DNA from: the human T2T-CHM13v2.0 reference genome, Homo sapiens
NCBI RefSeq assembly: GCF_009914755.1
Contig: NC_060939.1
Strand: one strand, 5' to 3'
DNA length: 64,000 nucleotides
The translations under genes were made by a program, and so were the position numbers. Positions 56,939-64,000 of this stretch are shown piece after piece (position 1 is the first letter of the stretch; the number at the start of each line of letters is the position of its first letter). The notes below the pieces were generated by a model, which made no database searches, had not been told where the DNA came from, and saw nothing but the letters and a program-made list of their open reading frames with translations.

Positions 56939-59394
56939 TTATTATTTCACAAAATTATCACAGCATTGCTAACTACTTGCTTCTGTTTACCCTGAATATT
57001 TTCTGGGTCTTTTCATTTTATTTTATTTTTTGGAGGAAGATTACTAAATCTTTGACTCAAATGATTTACCCTTAGGTTTGTCCTTATAAGACCTGGTGCT
57101 AATGTCTGACCGTCAGTTTCTTGCATTTCTCAACGGTGCCGCGAAGGCAGTGGTGACTCATCCACAGCACAGGCAACTCTACTTTCCCCTTCACATTCAC
57201 AACGTCCTCAACAAAGGCTGCATGGAATCCTGGGATGAGCGCTTCAATACCTTCCTCCCTCTCCCACTCCCTGTGCAACTGGCCCTTTTTACTGTTATAC
57301 TGAAGGAAAATGCCCGGGCGGGTTTCCATAAGCTTCCCCATTATTTGCTGGCACAGAGCACATAAAGCCTTATCATGGAGCAAAATGAAATCTGAGCAGG
57401 GCCCGTGAAAAGACCAGTACTGACATAACCCCATGCAGGATGTACAGACACGGAGCCCGGCACGGGACAGCCCCCGAGCTTACTTAAATGAAAGAGCATC
57501 AACACAATGTTATAGAAAACTCACTCTTGTGCTGGTAGGAGCCTGATGCTGAAAGGGAATTTGGAGTTCTGAGTCCCAGCTTTGCCCCTAACTAGCAGGG
57601 TGACTTGGAGTAGAGGTCACATCCCTTGCACCTTAATGTCCTTTGACATAATGATGGATTTGTACCAACTCAGGGATTACACTCCCTCATGCCTGGAGGC
57701 CCAGTATTGTTAGACAATGAGGTGGGAGGACTTGAGGCTCTGAAAAGACATCCCTTGTCCTCCATGCATAGGGGGCACTGCCCCTCTGTTCAGGGCCATC
57801 ACTACCCTGCAAATACACCCATCAACCTCCCAGAACACTCGGCAAGCTGGGGACACAGCCGGCCACTCAGCCTGGAGCCCAAAGAGCAGCTCCTCTCACA
57901 GTGCCAGGAGCTCCTGCAGCTGTGGCCTGAATGGCTGTTGGCCACTAGAGAGTGCTGCCCCCACCACTGCCCCCAGCAGCCGGCTCACTGGGTTCTAGGA
58001 ACAAACTCAGGGCCTGCACTTCTTCCTCTGCTTCAAAACAGACTCCCCAGGCCAGCCAGGTGAGAGCTGCTCACAAAACTCTTCCATCAACAAGGCTGCT
58101 GGCTGCCAACGCTGGATGTTGGTGTGATGCGGATTGTAAACACTCTTTTGTCGGGCCTCTATTATAAAATAATAGAAACATTTATAATAAATGTTTAAGA
58201 GAATTGATAAAATTAATAAATTGTATTATTACAAAATAATAAAGACAGCATATGTGAGCTGGAACTTCCTCTAGGTATCTGAGGGTCGATTTTAATTCCA
58301 GACTAGGCACCCACCTGGAGTTTCAGAGCTCCCCCATCGCTGGGTTTCCTGGTAGGAAACAGCTCATTGCTGGGTGGGGTGGGGAATGAGGGCTACCCAA
58401 TTGGTCTGTTCTTTGCTCCATCACCAGCCCCTAGTCCAGTTCCTGATATAAGGTAAATGCTTTAAAAGGTTGGTGAATGAATCAATGGACGAGATTGACA
58501 CCTTTCCATTGACCTCTAGGTGCAGACATGATTGTCGTAGCAGAGAAGACATACGTGAACCTGATCTATGTCAGATGTTCTGCCACCCTCGTCTCCTGGA
58601 ACTGGAAGACAGGAGGAATCTCAATACAGATCATGAGTTTAGACCTGAAAAACGCTTTCATGGCTTTTCCACCACATGCTCCTAGGGGGCAGGGTCGGGG
58701 GGAACAAAACACAAACAACCTGTTAGCCACTCTAAAACTATATAGGATTATACACTCTTATACACTCATGAGTGGGGACCTGGCTTGTGGAAAAGGAAAG
58801 AATGGCATGAAGAATGTCTCCAATCGGAGGACTGGAGACCTCTCTAGGGAGGTGTGGAGATTGCTGTGACGTTTCCATAACTGACCTAGGAGGAGGAGGG
58901 CACAAATCCACCTCCAGGTTTTCAGATGCTGCTGAGTTATTATAAGGAATATAATAGGTTCCCTTCATCCAAGGAATGGGAAAAACCACAGAAGAAGTTT
59001 TGAGAGTGAGATTTAGGCATAAGAGTGACAGCAGGTGGCACTTCAGGGTGTGCACGGTTAGGTTAATAGACTGACTTACCAAATGAACAGCTCCACACTC
59101 TCATTTTGCAACCTAGGAAGGGGGGGTGAGGAATATGCTCAGGACGTCCCCTGAAGACCCTAACATTTTCTTTAGTCCGAAACTTACACACAAGTCTGGA
59201 TCCACCCAGGAGGATGGAAATTGACAACGAAGAGACAATAGGTACACCCCCACATTGCCACCTATTCCTGGATGCAGGGTGGAGGTCTGGTGGCCACAGG
59301 CAGGGACGCGGAAATGCAGCTGAAGGCGGTCAATCTAGGTGAGGAGAACAAATGATGGGGAGTACGAGAGAAATGTTCACATATGGGAAGAAAA

Positions 59395-60022
59395 ACGCAC
59401 CAGAGTGCACCAGTGTGTAGCATTTGCAATTTCTTTCAATAATGTTTCCTTTGCACTCACAACTTGGCTGTTTGGTGCAAGAAGCCTAGCTTTCGGCCTG
59501 TTTTGGCTTTCGGCGTGCCTTTCTCACTAAGCTTAATCATTTCTAGCTTCTGATTTACATTGAGGGACGTGCAACTCCTCCTTGCACTTGAACACTTACA
59601 GGCCATGGTAGGGTTATTAACTGGCCTATTTCCGATAGTGCTAGGTCTCAGGGTATAGGAAAGGGAAGCCCAAAAACAGGAGAGAGAGAAAGAGAGAGAC
59701 GGTTGGTGGAGCAGTCAGAACACACACAACACTGATGGATTCAGCTCGCCGTCTTCTATGGGTGCTGTTCATGGTGCCCCAAAACAACCACAGTGGTAAG
59801 ATCAAGGATCGCTGCTCACAGGTCACCATGACAGACAGAATGATAACAGAAAAGTTTCAAATATTGCAAGAATTACCAAAATGTAACTTGAGGACACTCA
59901 ATGCGCACATGCTATTCAAAATCTGGCGCCAATAGACTTGCTCGACGCAGGGTTGCCACAAACCCTCAGTTGGTAAAAAACACAGTAACTAAAGCAAAGT
60001 GTGATAAAGTTAGATGTGCCTG
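59395..60022 (-). mobile_element. Tigger1 5' fragment (~600 bp)
   Basis: Reverse complement is collinear with the 5' part of the Tigger1 at 543-1200 (GGTTTGTGGCAACCCTGCGTCGAGCAAGTCTATTGGCGCC; CTAGAAATGATTAAGCTTAGTGAG). Confidence 0.8.
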
Positions 60023-60771
60023 CACTGTGCCTCCTCCTTTTCTCAGGGGTCAGATGACACTGAAGCATAGCCTTTCCCTGCAGGTCCCATGGGATGAAGC
60101 TCCAGGCGGTGACAAGTGAATTAACCACGGGGCTTTGGTGGCTGCCTTCCCACCTGGGTCACTGCCCTACTTCTCCGCCAGCATTCACAACCCTCTCAGA
60201 TGAAGCCCCTTCCTCTCAGCTCGTCTTCTCAGTGTCTGCTTACAGGGGAGCCAACTAAGGCAATTCATAGCAGAGCTGAGGAATCTTGCAGCACAGAGGC
60301 TAATGCATCCCCCTATGGGATGGAGCTGATGATACAGGAATGGAGGCACGAATGGCTGATGATTAGAATGGGAAGACATAAAGATAGGATCCAACTCTAT
60401 AACAGCACAATTTCCAAGGGAAAAGAGAATTTGGATCTGTTTTCTATATTTCTGAAAATACTTCACCAAGCATTTGTGTTATGTGTTACCCCATATACGA
60501 GTACAAAAAAATATAATGTAGAAAAAAATGAGATAGTTTTAGGTATCAAGCAGATGAGATTATCTCAAAAAGTAATGCAGGATGAAAGAAATCATTAGAT
60601 TCAAGAATACTTTCAATACGATTATGAAACAGTTTATTCAAAATAAATTATTAAAGAGATCTAGTGATAGTAGGAGTGGGCCTCTAACTTGTCAAAATGA
60701 TGGCTAGGAAAGACCCGCAAATGTACAGCCGATGGCAGGAATATTGGACTGATCTCAGTAGTAAGATGGTC

Positions 60772-61215
60772 TTTTTTTTTTTTTTTTGCCCTAGAGACGG
60801 GGTCTCACTCTGTCACCCAGGCTGGAGTACAGTGGTGCAATCATAGCTCACTGCAGCCTCAGACTCCTGGGTTCAGGCGTTCCTCCCACTTCAGCTTCCC
60901 ACGTAGCTAGGATAAAAGGTGTTCACCACCATGCCCAGCTAATTTTTTTAAATTTAGTTTTTTGTAGAGTGGGATCTCGCTATGCTGCTCCGGCTGGTCT
61001 CGAATTCCTGGCCTCAAGCTATCTTCCTTCAGCCTCCTGAGTAGCTGGGACTATAAGTGTGTGCCACCATACCTGACTAATTTTTTTATTTTTTGTAGAA
61101 ACATGGGGTCTTGCTATGTTGCCTAGGCTGGTCTTGAACTCCTGGCCTCAAGGGATCTTCCTGCCTCCACCTCTCAAGTTGCTGGGATTACAGGCGTGAG
61201 CCACTGCACCCAGCT
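60772..61215 (-). mobile_element. Composite AluJ with internally repeated arms
   Basis: Order is right arm, linker, partial left arm, partial right arm, linker, left arm. Confidence 0.75.
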
Positions 61216-62444
61216 CTAAGCTGGTTCTTATGTTCCTAAAATATGAATGACTGTTATAAAAATGACCACCAACTATTTTGAAAAAGGACTGGATATAAAA
61301 ATAGATTTTCAACAAATGAAGATGAGATGTCACTGAAGTTTTCAGGGGGCATTCTCACCTCTTTGCTGTTGTTGAGAATATTCAGTACCCTCACAAAGTG
61401 ATACTGATAAATAACTAAGTGATACTGATAAATAACAGTATGAGATCCATTACTATACACAAAGCTCTAAAAATCATGCAACTCCTATCAGAAGGCAAGA
61501 ATAGGTGTTGACATCTCAGAGACATTTTGATGGTCATACTGTGTGGCTTTAACAATTAACATGATAACAGTGTCATAGCTCATGGAAATATACCCCAGAT
61601 CAAAGGGTTTTCACAAAGTTAAGGTAATAGGCCAGCAGTGTTGCCTTGCCTTGCCCTGACAGTGTCCCAGGGAAGTGCTGAGACAGCATGAGCACAGCCT
61701 CCTTAGCGTGCTGGCACAGTGACGCTACCAGGCCACAGGGCACCCGGCGTGGGATGCCATCCAGGAGTCGCTGTGAATGGCCAACTTGCACAAAGTCTGC
61801 TTTGGAAGGAATATATTTAACAGAAGCTCTACCTAGAGTGTGATGGTTCTCCACAAAATGGAAGTTCTAGTATCAATAGTAGCCGCATCTGGGAAAGTGC
61901 CAAGGTGAAACTGACAAGCTCAGCACAACAGGCATAAGCTAGATGACCACGCAGCCACCCGCCAGCTCTGGTGCACCATGGGGCTCCATGCCAAGAGGCG
62001 CACAGGGATGGCGAGCTGGCTCTGGGACCTAGGGCCTTCCCCTGCCACTCTGGGAAGTGAGGGTGCAGGGAGGAGTCTCTGGGTGTTCTGACTCGTGTCT
62101 TCCTCCTCATCCTACTGTCAGATGACTCTCCACTGTGCTCCAGGGAGCTAGATTGAACACTTACATATTCAGCTTTCTCGTGCAGTTTCATAATTTATTT
62201 TAAGGATATTTCACAAGAAATTTATCAATGCCACCTTTTCAAAGACCAAAATTATATATGTGTATGGGAGATTTAGAATCTGGTGAAGATTTTAAAATTT
62301 CAAAGAGCTTTATTAAATCATATGTTCACTCATATAAGTAACTGCATACAGATGCAACTGCCTAGATACAAAAGAGGTGACGCTAACAGGATACGTGTCC
62401 ATGCAATGCCCTAAATCAGCGTGACCTGACACATCTCGACATCA

Positions 62445-62560
62445 TGCTTCTCTTTCTCTTCCTCTCTTCCTCCGCCTGCCTACCTCTCCCATCCCCTCCC
62501 TTCTCTCTTTGCTTCATTCCTTCCTCTCTTCCCTTTTCCCTCTCTCCCTTCCTTCCTTCT
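62445..62560. repeat. CT-rich low-complexity tract
   Basis: Polypyrimidine run. Confidence 0.8.
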
Positions 62561-64000
62561 CAATCATTTCTCAGAATGATGAAAAATAGTATAATATAAA
62601 ATATTTAGAACCATCACATCCTTTGTTTTGTTTTTCACTTAATTGAGAAAAGTTTGACTGACAAGAGCAAAATGGGGCAGGTCTTGCATTTTCCACACCG
62701 ATTGCTTCTGCTGCCCTGTAGCATATCTGGAGCTGTTAATTACACCTGCTGACTGAAAGTTTTAATAAGTACTTCTGTGATGAATGTTCTTTTCACATCA
62801 TTAGAAAATGTGTATTTAAAAAGAAGCCCAGCTTCAAACCAAATAATTACCTAGAATAAACACCTATTATTTTAATTGTTAGTAGGTTACAATTACTGAA
62901 TCTTAGTAACTTTCATCTTTTCCAGAGCACGCTTTTTGAGTCCAGTGGACAACCTATTACTGAGGAAGACACTCTGACTTTATGACATATGACCTTCAGC
63001 CAAAAAGTGTAAGAAACTAAAATTAGAAAGTTTTCTTCATTTCATAATGACGACAAGACTGGTCATTTGAGTGGAAAGCTCAAAATCTGTCATTAATTAC
63101 CATAAAGATGGCATAGTTTGGAGTCAATGGCAAGTATATCCAATACCTTTTTCTCCCTCCAAGTCCTGGTTACTGGATGGACGACTGTGCTGGGCACAGC
63201 ACAAACACTAAACGGGAACATCAGCCCCGTGATCAATGGGACAGGATGAGCAAATGCCAGCCGTGTGCCCTGGAATTACCAGAGGGTGCCCACTACCCAT
63301 CACTAGCTCTATGACCCCAGCCAGCCCTTCCCACTCTAAACTTCAGCAGGGGCGATGGCTGACTTGAGGCTGAACCAGCATTTTACAATTATCTGTCCAT
63401 GGATTAAGCTTCTAGGACTCTATGCCGATACTGGTTTTGTGGTTGTTTGTTTTGTTTCTTTGGGGGTGGGGCATAAAGAATTCAGAGAAGCAGAGGACTC
63501 TTCAAACATGCTCTGAAGGAATCAATAAAAATGAGAGCCATAGGTGTGTCACCGATGCTATTTGTGGAGTTTCTGTGATCCATCTCCTAAGTTATTGCTT
63601 ATGTCCATCTGGAGTTCAACCATACTGGATAAAGGCTACTGTGATCCACATTCACTGCATTGGTTCTATGGGACAGGAATCATAGAAGTCACTTTTGAGG
63701 AGTGGCTGAGAAATTCTGATGCTACATAAAGCTAGCCACTGACAGCTGGCTACCCAGGCTGAACACTGTAATATTCAAAGAATCCTACAAAGGTTTCCAT
63801 AGATGATTTCAGCTGTCTTAGGAGTGGCTAAGCTGTTGACAGGACTGTAAAGCACAAATCTGTAATAAAACTTCAGCTCCTCTTTATTCTGGTTTCTTTA
63901 AGCCCCATTTTCTTATGCAGATCCTAAAGCAGGAATAACACTCCTGGAATTGCCTCTCTTTTAAAAGGTTCACAGAGATTTCAACTCATATTTGTCCTCG

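Noticed and set aside
57099-57434. 111-aa minus-strand ORF with protein-like composition
   Set aside because: No recognisable homology and no convincing splice boundaries

Overview
This is primate, very probably human, repeat-rich genomic DNA; an essentially unmutated AluYc1-type insertion supports human. I recognise no protein-coding exon and cannot name the host gene(s). Two CpG islands (~3.8-4.6 kb and ~45.0-45.56 kb) have promoter-type motifs and splice sites on both strands. The interspersed repeats include a near full-length Tigger1, many Alus, ERV1/MaLR/ERVL solo LTRs, L1/L2/MIR fragments and hAT/Tc-Mariner MITEs. Four things stand out. (1) A full-length, intronless, poly(A)-tailed retrocopy of the GAS5 snoRNA-host lncRNA (20338-20915), with target-site duplications and an altered hormone-response-element-mimic hairpin. 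(2) Two unrelated long inverted repeats, with ~160-175 bp arms about 1.2-1.6 kb apart, that I cannot assign to a known repeat. (3) An LTR8-family solo LTR carrying an inverted copy of its own 5' end. (4) Three STAT GAS motifs within 113 bp next to the first CpG island. Repeat family names and the GAS5 comparison come from recalled consensus sequences, not database searches. Most repeat boundaries are approximate.
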